The notes under the pieces were generated by a model that had not been told where the DNA came from, made no database searches, and saw only the letters and a program-made list of their open reading frames with translations. A DNA stretch of 64,000 bases from a virus: the IMG/VR virus record IMGVR_UViG_3300035696_000024, positions 1 through 64,000 of that record, one strand, 5' to 3'. The translations under genes were made by a program, and so were the position numbers. Shown here piece after piece: positions 44,290-54,788 of this stretch. Position 1 is the stretch's first letter; every line of letters starts with the position of its first letter.

Positions 44290-45380
44290 GCAATAACATA
44301 TTTAAATCTATTGTTATAGATTTTCTTTAATTGGTTAATGACAGATTCACAATCTTTTATAGTAACATCATATCCCGCATATACCAACTCTAAAGCAAAT
44401 TTTAATTGTTGTGATTCTTCTATTATTGTGGACCCCTTTTTAAATGCAACTCCTTCGACAACAACAGATTCACCAAATTCATGAGATTTTTTAAATTCTG
44501 ATATTTGATTTTTTAAATGGGATTGATTACTTTCGTCGGTTGCTTGGCTTATGTATGGATGTATATTTTTAGAGACACAAAATAATGCAAATGCTTTGTT
44601 ATCTCTTGGGAAACAAGGGCCTCCAAAGCCAAAACCGTATTTCAGATATTTACCACCTATTCTCGAATCTTTACCAACAGCATCCAAAATAACGTCGGGA
44701 TTGCACTTAGTTTTCGATGCTACATCACCAACCATGTTAGCGTAAGCAATTTTTGTGGTTAGAAAGCAATTCAAAGCTATCTTTGTTATTTCAGCTTCCA
44801 TTAAAGACATTTTACAAATGGATGGATTATTTTCACATAGTTTTTTGTAAATTTCTTCAATAATATTTTTTGGTTCTTCTGATTCTGAACCTATTAAGAC
44901 AATATCAGGATTGCATTGGTCTTTGATGATTGTTCCTTGAGCAATAAATTCAGGATTATAGACAACTTCATAATTGTATTCTTTTATGTATTGTAACGTA
45001 GAACAATAACCGGGCATGACCGTTGAACTTATCACCAAATATTTTTTGGTTGGTTGTTTGCCCAACGCTCTCAAACTTTTAATAACATCGTCTATGTGAG
45101 AATGGTCATATCCGCCTTCTTCCAATGAAGGGGTAGCCACAACAATGAATATGAGGTCATTTGTTAAAGCTTTTGATATGTCTGTGGTAGCTATGAAATT
45201 TTTAGATGATGCCAAGTATTCTTCCACATTTGGTTCATCGGATTTTAATGTTTTATTGTTGATTTGGTCAACATAAGATAAATTGACATCTACTCCGATT
45301 ACATTGTAACCTTTTCGTTCCAAGTTGAGAGCAAAAGACAATCCCAACTTGCCAATTCCTATAATGCTAATGTTATTCAT
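44286..45380 (-). CDS. ugd: UDP-glucose/GDP-mannose 6-dehydrogenase
   Basis: GIGKLG, VATPS, SSTVMPG, YNPEFIAQG, KIAYAN and GFGGPCFPRD. Confidence 0.9.
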   Translation of the reverse strand: MNNISIIGIGKLGLSFALNLERKGYNVIGVDVNLSYVDQINNKTLKSDEPNVEEYLASSKNFIATTDISKALTNDLIFIVVATPSLEEGGYDHSHIDDVIKSLRALGKQPTKKYLVISSTVMPGYCSTLQYIKEYNYEVVYNPEFIAQGTIIKDQCNPDIVLIGSESEEPKNIIEEIYKKLCENNPSICKMSLMEAEITKIALNCFLTTKIAYANMVGDVASKTKCNPDVILDAVGKDSRIGGKYLKYGFGFGGPCFPRDNKAFALFCVSKNIHPYISQATDESNQSHLKNQISEFKKSHEFGESVVVEGVAFKKGSTIIEESQQLKFALELVYAGYDVTIKDCESVINQLKKIYNNRFKYVIA

Positions 45381-46044
45381 AATTTATGTTTGGAAAAAAG
45401 AAATCTTTTTGAACATCATATCTTTTTGGATAAAAAGCAGTCGTATTTTGTTTATTGAGTGCCGAAGCCAACACAGCATTGCCACTTGAAGAACAAACAA
45501 AATAATAACAACTGTGTATCATATCACAATATTCAAAAATGGTTTTGCACTCCATCTTTTCGTCGTGTTTTAATCCCTGATATTGTCTATGAAAATATTC
45601 TGATGTCGGTATTACAATTTTTCTATCTCCAAAATTTTCCTTTAATATTTCATCCAAATGGTCTGGTACTTCCCATGATGTGTAACCGCTAAAATCAACC
45701 AATATGGCTTCTGTTAGTGATTCTATGACTGTTGGTTGGTAATATATCTTTGGTAATTCGTTTTTAGGTTCCAACCCGTGGCAATATTCCCAATTATAGA
45801 TTCGTGTTTTGCCTGCATAATGGGGAACAAAAGGAACACAAGACCCAACATTATCTGGCTCGCTGGATATTCCTTTTACATATGGGTTTTTTCCCCACAC
45901 TAAACCATAAATTTGAGGATTTCTATATACATTTTTCTCTGAAATATAAAAGTCGTAGCCCAATTCAGCAAACCTTTCAGGCAATGTAGAATATTGTAAA
46001 TTGTCACCCAATCCGCCCCACGGTTGATAGAGAATTTTTTTCAT
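45373..46044 (-). CDS. GT-B-like glycosyltransferase-related protein
   Basis: GGLGDNLQ, NPYVKG and SSGNAVLASA (GT9-like motifs). Confidence 0.55.
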   Translation of the reverse strand: MKKILYQPWGGLGDNLQYSTLPERFAELGYDFYISEKNVYRNPQIYGLVWGKNPYVKGISSEPDNVGSCVPFVPHYAGKTRIYNWEYCHGLEPKNELPKIYYQPTVIESLTEAILVDFSGYTSWEVPDHLDEILKENFGDRKIVIPTSEYFHRQYQGLKHDEKMECKTIFEYCDMIHSCYYFVCSSSGNAVLASALNKQNTTAFYPKRYDVQKDFFFPNINYE

Positions 46045-46751
46045 TATAAGTCAGAGGGAATAATCCAGTTGTTGGTTTCATAATTGCGGTCATACCATCC
46101 CGCAAGTTCATATGGTTCGAAATTCGGGCAGGGATGGACAGATTCCCAAGGAATGTTTCTGTCGTCGGGATGAAGACAGTCGGATTGTATGAGAAAAATG
46201 TCATCCGCATTGATATAAACTGCGGTGTACCCATATTTTTCTCCTAATAGTTTATAACAATAAGGACTCGTTCCCCACCAACCGTTAGAATTGTTATTTC
46301 CATAAGGTTGTTCATACTTTCTTGCTAATTTTTCATATGTGTTGAATCTTACGTTGGTTTCAGCTATTATTACTCTTGGTTTATACTCTTTTAATAATTC
46401 TGCTAATATCCAATAATCATTGCTGTCAAGATCAATGGATAATAAATCAAACATTTTAGGCATATGATATTGTTTAAAAATGGGGCATATGTTGTCTTTT
46501 GTAAGTTCTATTTGATATAAATTGATATTGGAATTGCTAAAGGCCATATCAAGTAAAATACCGTGCCACCCACAATGTTCTCTTAGATACCAAACTGTGG
46601 AATTATTAATCCCATCACCTGCACCGACTTCTGCATAACATTTATTGGTAGTGCCTATGCAATCAAAAACGTGTTGTATGAGAGAGTCCTTGTATTTCTC
46701 TGCTTTACCAACTGTTATAGGCTTAACATTTTTTAAGTCTAATTTTTTCAT
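46044..46751 (-). CDS. FkbM-like SAM methyltransferase
   Basis: AEVGAGDG, GWHGILLD and FDLLSIDLDSNDYWI. Start set at MKKLDL (46751). Confidence 0.7.
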   Translation of the reverse strand: MKKLDLKNVKPITVGKAEKYKDSLIQHVFDCIGTTNKCYAEVGAGDGINNSTVWYLREHCGWHGILLDMAFSNSNINLYQIELTKDNICPIFKQYHMPKMFDLLSIDLDSNDYWILAELLKEYKPRVIIAETNVRFNTYEKLARKYEQPYGNNNSNGWWGTSPYCYKLLGEKYGYTAVYINADDIFLIQSDCLHPDDRNIPWESVHPCPNFEPYELAGWYDRNYETNNWIIPSDL

Positions 46752-47482
46752 ATTATGCTTACGCCTCTTTCTTGAACAACTTTTGATGCACATTTATTGG
46801 CAAATGTTATGGATGTTTCAATATCATTGGTTTCATAATACTTACATACCAAACCTGCCATAAAACTATCGCCAGCTCCCGATAAGTCCCATACTTGAAC
46901 TTTCTTAACAGGATACATTTTTTCTCTAAACAAGCAACCTTTATCTCCTTCTGTAACTATAATTTTATTTTCTAATTCTTTTGTAAGAGTTGGTTTTGAA
47001 CATGTATATTCATGGTGATTGATTTTTATGTAAAGAGCGTTATTAGCAAACTTGCTGATATTTTTTTTGGTATCTAAAAATACGGTGGGGTGAGAGGAAC
47101 AAATATATTCAATATCCTCTTCTTTTAGAAATCCTTTGTTATAATCGGACACTACGACAATTTTATAATCCAAATTCAAATCCTTGATGTTTATTCTAGG
47201 AACATCATGTTGATTTACGTCAATGCGAAAGAACATGTGATTGGTTCTTTTGTGCATGTATCGTGTTTTGGTAATATTATACCAATTATCGTTGGTTACT
47301 ATGTCGCACTCTTTGATTAAACTTTGAATGTTTCTTTGAACATTTTTTGCCATACCTGCGTTTTCCACTTCATTGACAATGTTTAAAACAGGGACAGGAA
47401 TATCAGGACACAAACGTTCAGCTTCACAATAAATGAAAATGTCCCTGCAACTGTCACCTATGACTAAAATTTTTTTATCCAT
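46748..47482 (-). CDS. PfkB-family sugar kinase (HldE/RfaE kinase domain-like)
   Basis: ILVIGD, RLCPDIPVPV, AGMAKNV, SDYNKG, DTKK and DLSGAGDSF. Confidence 0.85.
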   Translation of the reverse strand: MDKKILVIGDSCRDIFIYCEAERLCPDIPVPVLNIVNEVENAGMAKNVQRNIQSLIKECDIVTNDNWYNITKTRYMHKRTNHMFFRIDVNQHDVPRINIKDLNLDYKIVVVSDYNKGFLKEEDIEYICSSHPTVFLDTKKNISKFANNALYIKINHHEYTCSKPTLTKELENKIIVTEGDKGCLFREKMYPVKKVQVWDLSGAGDSFMAGLVCKYYETNDIETSITFANKCASKVVQERGVSII

Positions 47483-47483
47483 A

Positions 47484-48680
47484 TTAATACAAACTTTTCT
47501 TTTCTACAATCATGGAGGGCCTGTTTGATGCTAAAGCTAAACTGTAAGATTTAAGGACCTCTCCACCATTCTTTGGCACGTAAATCGGAAAATCCACCAA
47601 CATTTTGAATACATTGGTAAAGTTTTGTGAATGTGTAGGGCCTGCATAAAATAGTCCGCCATCCGTTACTATCGTTCTCATAATAACAGGAACCTTGTAT
47701 TCTCCGTAAGAAATTCTTTCTATATGATTCATGTGATTGCCTATAGCATCTGCAGCGACCAACATAAAATCGTGGCGTTCATAATAAATTACAGGTCTGA
47801 ATCCTTCAAAAGACATTCCCATAGCTAATCCTGCCATTAAATTTTCAGCAACAGGGGTTTCTATTTTCAAATCGTCTGATATTGGTTCCAAAACTCCCAT
47901 AGCGTTTCCATATTTTATATTTTTGACACCATAACCTATGAAAATACCGTTGTTGTTTGATATGTCAACCATAGAATTTACTACAGCATTTTTGAAGGAA
48001 ATTTTCTCAGATAGTAAATGGTCAAAATTTGGGAGAGGTTCTGATTGCAATGAAGGAAACAATTCTTCGTTTGTTGGAGCTTTGGACTTACTAAAATCCA
48101 ACATACCATCAACTCTAATATGTGGCCACGTTGAATGATAATAGTATCGTTTAACACATTTTGGAAGAATTGGTGGGGTCGAAGTACCCCAACGGTCTTT
48201 TCTTGAAGTGCTTACTGAATAGTTGTTGTCTTCCAATATAAATGTGCATGGTAAGTCCCATCCATCAACATAACGAGCTGCTTCAAATAAATGTCCATTG
48301 TCTTCCGTTCCATCACCGACAAAACACCATACTTTTTGTGTTGACCCTTTTTGCTTTAGCGCCCAAGCAACGCCAGCAGCTATGGCGACCATCCCCCCTA
48401 TGATTGCTGAAGTGAAGAAATTGCGTTTTCTGTCAAAGATATACATGCTTCTTCCTTCAACAATTTTTTCTGTCAATTCCTTTTTTGGAATACCGTGGAG
48501 TAATGCATGATAATGATTTCGATGTGTGGAAAAAACATAATCTCCTTCCTTGATATCTTTGAAAACATTTAGGAGCTGATCTTCATTTCCTCCCGATAAA
48601 TGAAATGTAACTCTTAGATTTTTCTCTTTGTAGATACGGACAATATTATCGCTGAAATCTATTAATTCTTGTTTATTCAT
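47484..48680 (-). CDS. fused TPP-dependent enzyme (E1-alpha-like plus E1-beta/transketolase pyrimidine-binding domain)
   Basis: HLSGGNE, STHRNHYH, TPP motif GDG...EDN, then IETPVAENLMAGLAMG and GPTHSQ. Confidence 0.82.
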   Translation of the reverse strand: MNKQELIDFSDNIVRIYKEKNLRVTFHLSGGNEDQLLNVFKDIKEGDYVFSTHRNHYHALLHGIPKKELTEKIVEGRSMYIFDRKRNFFTSAIIGGMVAIAAGVAWALKQKGSTQKVWCFVGDGTEDNGHLFEAARYVDGWDLPCTFILEDNNYSVSTSRKDRWGTSTPPILPKCVKRYYYHSTWPHIRVDGMLDFSKSKAPTNEELFPSLQSEPLPNFDHLLSEKISFKNAVVNSMVDISNNNGIFIGYGVKNIKYGNAMGVLEPISDDLKIETPVAENLMAGLAMGMSFEGFRPVIYYERHDFMLVAADAIGNHMNHIERISYGEYKVPVIMRTIVTDGGLFYAGPTHSQNFTNVFKMLVDFPIYVPKNGGEVLKSYSLALASNRPSMIVEKKSLY

Positions 48681-48683
48681 AGT

Positions 48684-49250
48684 TTATATTTGACATGCAA
48701 AAATGACAAGTGGAAGAGAACTGTTTTTACCAACTGCCATCATTTCTCTAATTTTGTAGTTACATTTTTCGAATTGTTTTAGAAAATTATCATGGATGGA
48801 CAAAGTATGTGTTTCAATGTAATATTCTTTTACTAATTTAAAAACATCATCATTTATGGATAACAAATTGGTTTCATATCCTTCAATATCTGCCTTTACA
48901 ATTTCAATATTGTATTTGGTTATTAATTCTATTACTTGTTGTGGAGAAGTTATTGTTTCATTGAAAAATAAAGCCCGTTCTGACCCAACGTTGGAAGTTA
49001 ACCAATTAATGTCTTCTTGGTTTGAATCAATACCAATCACTTTTTTGGCACCTAAAGACAAAAAGTATTCGGCGGTAGAAACCATGTTAGGCAATTTAAT
49101 ACCTTCCCATTCCATCGTTCCTTTTTTAAACTGGTCTGTCTTACCAAAAAATCCACATCCCAAATCCAAAACAACTCTATCTTTAACACGAATGTATTCT
49201 TCTGGCCAAGCGTGTATTGGGTCTTCATCTATGATTGATTTTATTTCCAT
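48684..49250 (-). CDS. SAM methyltransferase (FkbM-like)
   Basis: VLDLGCG, GAKKVIGID, KADIEGYE and IETH. Confidence 0.7.
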   Translation of the reverse strand: MEIKSIIDEDPIHAWPEEYIRVKDRVVLDLGCGFFGKTDQFKKGTMEWEGIKLPNMVSTAEYFLSLGAKKVIGIDSNQEDINWLTSNVGSERALFFNETITSPQQVIELITKYNIEIVKADIEGYETNLLSINDDVFKLVKEYYIETHTLSIHDNFLKQFEKCNYKIREMMAVGKNSSLPLVIFACQI

Positions 49251-50257
49251 ATGTTTATTATAATTCTTCCCGATTTCCCCTGTTTTACCAATTCAACAGC
49301 TTTGTTTATATCCTCTAATGGTAAAATATTTGTTATCATTTTGTTTACATTTATTATACCACTTTTTGCTAATTTTATATAGCGTGGAATATCAGTAGCA
49401 GGATTAGTTCTTCCACCTTGAGAAGCTTTTATGATTTTTCCTGTGCCACCAAATAAGTGACAAAAATTTGGAACATGAAGACAATCAAAAGGCGAAGACT
49501 GACCAACCAAAATATATCTTCCACTATCAGCTAACATTTCTGTCGTTATGGCAATAACATTGGTGTCGCCTGTGGTGTCTATAATTACGTCAAATTTTGT
49601 TTTTATCATTGGTTCAGTTCTAGCGTTTACAAATTTTGTAGCACCCATTTCCAACGCCAAATCTTTTTTACTATCGAAAATATCTGCTGCTAAAATTGGA
49701 TATGCGTTATGCAACTTAGCGCCCATGATTATATTCAATCCGACTCCACCACAGCCAATAACCATCACACTTTCGCCCATTTTGATATTGGCGTCATTTA
49801 TTACGGTTCCCAACGCTGTTGTCAGGCAACACCCAAGAAGAGAACACAATTCGGGAGGGGTGTCAGATGGAACAACAGTGAGTCTATTTTCTGACACAAT
49901 TGAATATTCATTCAACGTGGTCACTTTTCCACTGGATATTAATTTACCTTTGTATTTGTAATGTGGAAAGTTGGATTCTATACCCTCTGTTTTCATCCAA
50001 TGCATGACTACCCTATCGCCTACTTTGACTCTAGTGACGCCTGTACCAATTTCCACAATTTCACCACACCCTTCATGTCCCATTAAATGGGGAACGAATT
50101 TAGCATTGCCTTTGTGACCACCAATTTCAAGTAGCTGAGAGCCACATAATCCACTTGTAAGAACTTTGACTAAAACCTGACCTACTTCAAGTGGAGTTAA
50201 TTCGACTTCATCAATTATAAGAGGAGCATTTATTTTTTCAAGTATGACAGCTTTCAT
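49241..50257 (-). CDS. Zn-dependent alcohol dehydrogenase (MDR family)
   Basis: GLCGS, GHEGCGEIVEIG, LGCCLTT and GCGGVG. Confidence 0.9.
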   Translation of the reverse strand: MKAVILEKINAPLIIDEVELTPLEVGQVLVKVLTSGLCGSQLLEIGGHKGNAKFVPHLMGHEGCGEIVEIGTGVTRVKVGDRVVMHWMKTEGIESNFPHYKYKGKLISSGKVTTLNEYSIVSENRLTVVPSDTPPELCSLLGCCLTTALGTVINDANIKMGESVMVIGCGGVGLNIIMGAKLHNAYPILAADIFDSKKDLALEMGATKFVNARTEPMIKTKFDVIIDTTGDTNVIAITTEMLADSGRYILVGQSSPFDCLHVPNFCHLFGGTGKIIKASQGGRTNPATDIPRYIKLAKSGIINVNKMITNILPLEDINKAVELVKQGKSGRIIINIWK

Positions 50258-50260
50258 AAA

Positions 50261-51598
50261 TTATATTTTGTGTAATACATCAGATGTATATTCTTTATTG
50301 TAAATAGGAACATGTGATTTTTTTCTGTTAAAAAGATATTCTTTTAACATTTCTCTGTTGATTTCCATTTCTTTAGGAGTTGCAGTAGAAATTCTATGAA
50401 CGAAAGGAACGTGAGATTGCCATTTTATGGAAATATCATAATTTTTCCAATCTTTATCCAAAATGACAACCCCATATTTTGCAGGATGATTGTATATGTC
50501 TGAACCCGGCAAGGGAATGAAAGATGTTAATGTTACCACATCTGGTTGAGTTTCCTCAAGAAAATCAATCATTGCTTTAGCAGAATCTTTCGTTTCACCC
50601 GGAAGTCCTGTCATCATAAAAGCTCTTGTGCGAAACCCGGCGTCCTTGGTTCTAAAAATCCCTCGTCTGTTTAATTCTACTGTAGTTTTTTTGTTCAAAA
50701 GTTTCAATACATGGTCTTCAGCAGATTCTATACCAAATCCAACTTCCCTGCAACCACCCCGCCATAAATTATTTAACGTCTTATCATCCACTTGGTCAAC
50801 TCTCATTGAGCATCGGTAGTTAATTTTAGATTGTTCTAACAAATCGGTCAATTCCGAAAACCGCTTTTCATTGACGGTAAAACAATCATCTTGAAATCGA
50901 ATTTCTGTCACGTTGTAATCTCTTTGAAGTATTTCCAATTCAGCTCTAACGTTTTCTATGGTTCTGAATCTTACTCTTTTATGATGCAAGGCTGGTGAAG
51001 CACAAAAACTACATAAAAATGGACATCCTCTACTTGTTATCATTGTGGCCGAATTTCCTTTTCTGAACACGTTACCACCAAATGCTTTGCCTTCTCTAAA
51101 ATATCTGATTTTATCCAATACATCTATGGCAGGTAACGGAACTGCATCCAAATTAAGTAATGGAACTTTTTGTGTAATTATGTCTTTTTCTGTTGGGTTT
51201 GTGAGTGATTTATTTAATGCTTCTTCGATGGTGGTTTCTCCTTCGCCACGACAAATGTAATTTATCGGAATATTTGGTAATTCTTGTTTCCATTCAGTTT
51301 CAGAAATAGCATCAAAGTGTGGGCCACCAGCAATGATAGGTTTGTTATATGTGTCTTTTATTCGTTTGGCAATTTTAATTGTTTCAGGGTAATCCAAAGT
51401 ACAAGCTGATAACGCAAACACATCGGCTGATGAAATTTCTTTTTCATGTGCCATATCTGTAAAAACAACACCAACCGATTCACCATTGATTTTGAGATTT
51501 CTCATGGTGGCTATGACATAAAGCATTCCCAAATTGGGGTCGGAATATGGGTCCGCTCTCCAAGGTTCATTTAATCTTATGAAATTTACGGTTAGCAT
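50261..51598 (-). CDS. B12-binding radical SAM enzyme
   Basis: AGGPH, GEGE, TSRGCPFLCSFC (CxxxCxxC), DDCF, GIESA, GLPGET and PLPGS. Confidence 0.9.
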   Translation of the reverse strand: MLTVNFIRLNEPWRADPYSDPNLGMLYVIATMRNLKINGESVGVVFTDMAHEKEISSADVFALSACTLDYPETIKIAKRIKDTYNKPIIAGGPHFDAISETEWKQELPNIPINYICRGEGETTIEEALNKSLTNPTEKDIITQKVPLLNLDAVPLPAIDVLDKIRYFREGKAFGGNVFRKGNSATMITSRGCPFLCSFCASPALHHKRVRFRTIENVRAELEILQRDYNVTEIRFQDDCFTVNEKRFSELTDLLEQSKINYRCSMRVDQVDDKTLNNLWRGGCREVGFGIESAEDHVLKLLNKKTTVELNRRGIFRTKDAGFRTRAFMMTGLPGETKDSAKAMIDFLEETQPDVVTLTSFIPLPGSDIYNHPAKYGVVILDKDWKNYDISIKWQSHVPFVHRISTATPKEMEINREMLKEYLFNRKKSHVPIYNKEYTSDVLHKI

Positions 51599-51603
51599 TT
51601 ATT

Positions 51604-52473
51604 CTATACTTTTATTGGATTATTTGTTCCTTGAATTGGGATAATAAATCCTTCACTATCGAATTGGGGCGGTTGACCCCATTTTTTTATCCATTTTTGA
51701 AATCCGTTTCTTTCGTGATTTGCCAATTCTGGTTTTCTTTGATGTAAATTATCATCTGGAAATCTACTTGCTCTTGAACCAAAGTGATAAACCACAGACC
51801 TTGCAGTTAAGACGAATTTGTAGTTTGCTAACTGCATTCGCACGAATAAATCGTAGTCTTCGTAATAAGCTGGAGCAAATAAATCGTCATTACCGCCTAC
51901 AGCATCCCAATCTTTTTTCCGAATCAACCCCGACACGCCTTCTCCTTTTCTTATTTCCGTATCATTGAGCGATGAAAATTGTTCAGCATAATTGATAAAA
52001 TGTTCTTCATCAAAGTTATGATAGTATTCGCCAAACTCTTCTGGCGGAACAACAAGAGTACCCGGTCTACTTTCTTCATGAAAAATGTTTGGTTGAATTC
52101 TGTAACTGGATACCCAAATTGGAATATTGCCGTTTTTGTCTGCAATTCTTAATGCGTTTATATCCCAATCCTTCGATACAAAGAAATCAGCGTGCAGGAA
52201 CATCATCCACGGAGTTTTTACCTTGTTAGCACAAAAATTCATACCACCACCGATACCTTTGGCAACAATGTTGTTTTCTGTGTAAGGTTCAAGTTTGTAA
52301 ATGTCTTTTCCCTCTTTTGTTATCCATTCATTTGTTCCATCAGTGGAATTTTCGGAATAAATGATGAATGGAGCATCTTTGAAGTAAGAATACTTCCTCA
52401 CAGATTTAACTGCCAACTTGAGATAATTCAAATTGTTAAATGTTGATATACAAAATGTTATTGGAGTCTCCAT
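51604..52473 (-). CDS. glycosyltransferase family 2
   Basis: STDGT, LHADF, VGGNDDLF..YYEDYD and YHFGSRA. Confidence 0.85.
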   Translation of the reverse strand: METPITFCISTFNNLNYLKLAVKSVRKYSYFKDAPFIIYSENSTDGTNEWITKEGKDIYKLEPYTENNIVAKGIGGGMNFCANKVKTPWMMFLHADFFVSKDWDINALRIADKNGNIPIWVSSYRIQPNIFHEESRPGTLVVPPEEFGEYYHNFDEEHFINYAEQFSSLNDTEIRKGEGVSGLIRKKDWDAVGGNDDLFAPAYYEDYDLFVRMQLANYKFVLTARSVVYHFGSRASRFPDDNLHQRKPELANHERNGFQKWIKKWGQPPQFDSEGFIIPIQGTNNPIKV

Positions 52474-52476
52474 ATT

Positions 52477-53244
52477 TTATAAAAGATTTTTGTAAAATCG
52501 CTCGAAAGCGATTTCTACTACTTGATTTCTAAATTCTGCATCAGCGGTCATATGAACATAATTAACGTTATCAGACATATAAGACTGTGCATCCATATAT
52601 TTATTTTCATGGTCCATATAGTTATTTAGAAAAATTCTCAAAAAGTAATCATGAACCATAAAACTTCTTGGTAGTATGGTGGTTTCAACAGAACTGTGGA
52701 CTATGTAATTGAATATCGTCTGTTCATCTATGGCTAATTTTTTGTTTACCATGATGTCTTCCTTGTGTTTGTTAAAAAATTCGATGGCTTTTTCAAATAT
52801 GAATTTTTGTCCTTTCTGAAATATAAAGAATCCACTATTGAAATAATTGTCCCAAGTTACTGCTTTTGGATTTTCAAAATAGTTTCCAACAAACTCCACT
52901 CTTTTCAATAGAGCGGGAGCATACCCATAGTCCAAACAAATTGTAAATTTGTCGTTTGTGTAATCAAAGAGATTCTTAGCATTGGGCATCGGAAAAGTAT
53001 CCCAATCAGCCAATAGACACTGGTCAAAATCTATCCCATTTTTCTCCAAAATTTCATAGGTATAAAATTTTTGAAATGCTGGAATCATTTCAGAAAAATC
53101 GTGAATTTTTTCTGTTGTTACTATAAATTCTATGTTATTTTTTTTACAATAGTAATCCCAGTATTGAATATCCCTGACAGCATAATGAGGCAATTCCTTA
53201 TTAGGCTCTAACAGTGCTTGTATGAGAACTACATTCTTTTTCAT
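52477..53244 (-). CDS. GT-A glycosyltransferase (GT8/GT34-like)
   Basis: LADWDT DxD, YFNSGFF and DEQTIFNY. Confidence 0.7.
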   Translation of the reverse strand: MKKNVVLIQALLEPNKELPHYAVRDIQYWDYYCKKNNIEFIVTTEKIHDFSEMIPAFQKFYTYEILEKNGIDFDQCLLADWDTFPMPNAKNLFDYTNDKFTICLDYGYAPALLKRVEFVGNYFENPKAVTWDNYFNSGFFIFQKGQKFIFEKAIEFFNKHKEDIMVNKKLAIDEQTIFNYIVHSSVETTILPRSFMVHDYFLRIFLNNYMDHENKYMDAQSYMSDNVNYVHMTADAEFRNQVVEIAFERFYKNLL

Positions 53245-53247
53245 AAT

Positions 53248-54069
53248 TTAGTATTTTAAGGGCAATCCTGATGACGATTGCATCACAACACCCAAATAAT
53301 TTTTTGCCCAATGGTCTTCTGTGTAACCCAGACTTTTGAACTGTTGATATTCAGGCATGTAGTGAAAAAATTTAAATATTGGTTCAACAGGCCATATTTC
53401 TATGGGTTTCCTGACCAACAACCACTCTCCATACCAAGTGAATTCACTAGCTACTGTATTGATAAGCCCTTCAAAAGTCAAATTATTTGGTTTGACATAT
53501 TCTTCTTCCAAACTCTGTAATACTTTGTAGGAGAAAACTACAGGCGGAGGACCAAAATCATACAGTCTTCCTTTTCTATCGAATAGTTCCATAATTGGTG
53601 TTCGACATTCAGCAAACGATTGTTGAGGGTCAAAGCCAAGTATTTCCTTGTATTTTGCCGTCCATGAAAAGAGGTCCTTCTGTTCATGCATCACTGTATA
53701 TGGAATAGCATCATCCAACGGAGAATTAAATCCAACCAAGAAATCCTTGTAGTAAAAATCTTTTATAAAATATGAGTCAGAGTCCAATATTACATAGTTT
53801 TCAGCTATTTCCGTTTTCCAAAACATTAATTTGGAAACCTGTTGGGTGTGCCATGATTGAACAAGATTATTACCTGTTATTTCTTCATCTGTAATAATGG
53901 TGTAGCCTGATGTTCCTAAAACGGTTTTGAATAGTTGAATATCTTCTTTAGGAATGGAAATGTAAAGTGGTATATTATCCTTATTGTGTTTCTTAATGGA
54001 ATCAAAAAGAATTTTACATCTATGTACATCTCTACCGAATGATTTACAGTATAGGATTATTTTGTTCAT
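53248..54069 (-). CDS. GT-A-like protein (DUF6492-like)
   Basis: WHTQQVSKL, ILDSDSYFIK and SEFTWYG. Confidence 0.65.
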   Translation of the reverse strand: MNKIILYCKSFGRDVHRCKILFDSIKKHNKDNIPLYISIPKEDIQLFKTVLGTSGYTIITDEEITGNNLVQSWHTQQVSKLMFWKTEIAENYVILDSDSYFIKDFYYKDFLVGFNSPLDDAIPYTVMHEQKDLFSWTAKYKEILGFDPQQSFAECRTPIMELFDRKGRLYDFGPPPVVFSYKVLQSLEEEYVKPNNLTFEGLINTVASEFTWYGEWLLVRKPIEIWPVEPIFKFFHYMPEYQQFKSLGYTEDHWAKNYLGVVMQSSSGLPLKY

Positions 54070-54787
54070 ATTTGTAGCCTATGGACTTCAATTTTAATTG
54101 ATTTGCTCTTTCAACCAAATTTTTATCAACGAAATATTGGTCCATTTCTTGTTGTGCTAATATATTGTAATTCGCTAAATTGGGATTGGTTTTAACTGTC
54201 ACGTTTCCTATGTGAACAATTGGTGCCCAATCACAGACAGCAATTTTCCATTTGTTGTCTTCACAAATAATACCTGTCATCAGGTCTTGTACCCATCCAT
54301 AATGACTTCCAAATTCGCCAATTTTCTCTGCTAATTGTCTTTTCATCAATGCACATTGAAAATCAACAAATGGCACATATCTTAATTCCGTCGCGTTCCA
54401 GTTGTGCATTTGTTTCCAAAAACATTGATTTGGTATCGGTTGTATCACACATGGAGATACTACCATTAAATCATTATTTGAGAAAAGTAACTTTCTTAAT
54501 GTGCTGATGAAATTGTATCCGTGAACAATCAGGTCAGAATTTAATAACGTAAATGAATCGTATTCCGGGCTATCAATGAATAATTTCAATGACATATCCA
54601 ATCCACCACCGTAACCCATGTTGGTATCTGAATGATATGTAGAATATTTACTGACCTTATCAGAATCACTGCCATTGTTTATCACAACCAAATCATAATT
54701 ATTGCGTTCGTAAGGTTTTAGCATTTCATACAACGCATCTGTGTATTGAACTGTATTGTGATGTAAAATGGCTATTAAACTTTTCAT
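54044..54787 (-). CDS. glycosyltransferase family 2
   Basis: VINNGS, NMGYGGG, LLNSDL and IVHIG. Confidence 0.8.
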   Translation of the reverse strand: MKSLIAILHHNTVQYTDALYEMLKPYERNNYDLVVINNGSDSDKVSKYSTYHSDTNMGYGGGLDMSLKLFIDSPEYDSFTLLNSDLIVHGYNFISTLRKLLFSNNDLMVVSPCVIQPIPNQCFWKQMHNWNATELRYVPFVDFQCALMKRQLAEKIGEFGSHYGWVQDLMTGIICEDNKWKIAVCDWAPIVHIGNVTVKTNPNLANYNILAQQEMDQYFVDKNLVERANQLKLKSIGYKYEQNNPIL

Positions 54788-54788
54788 T

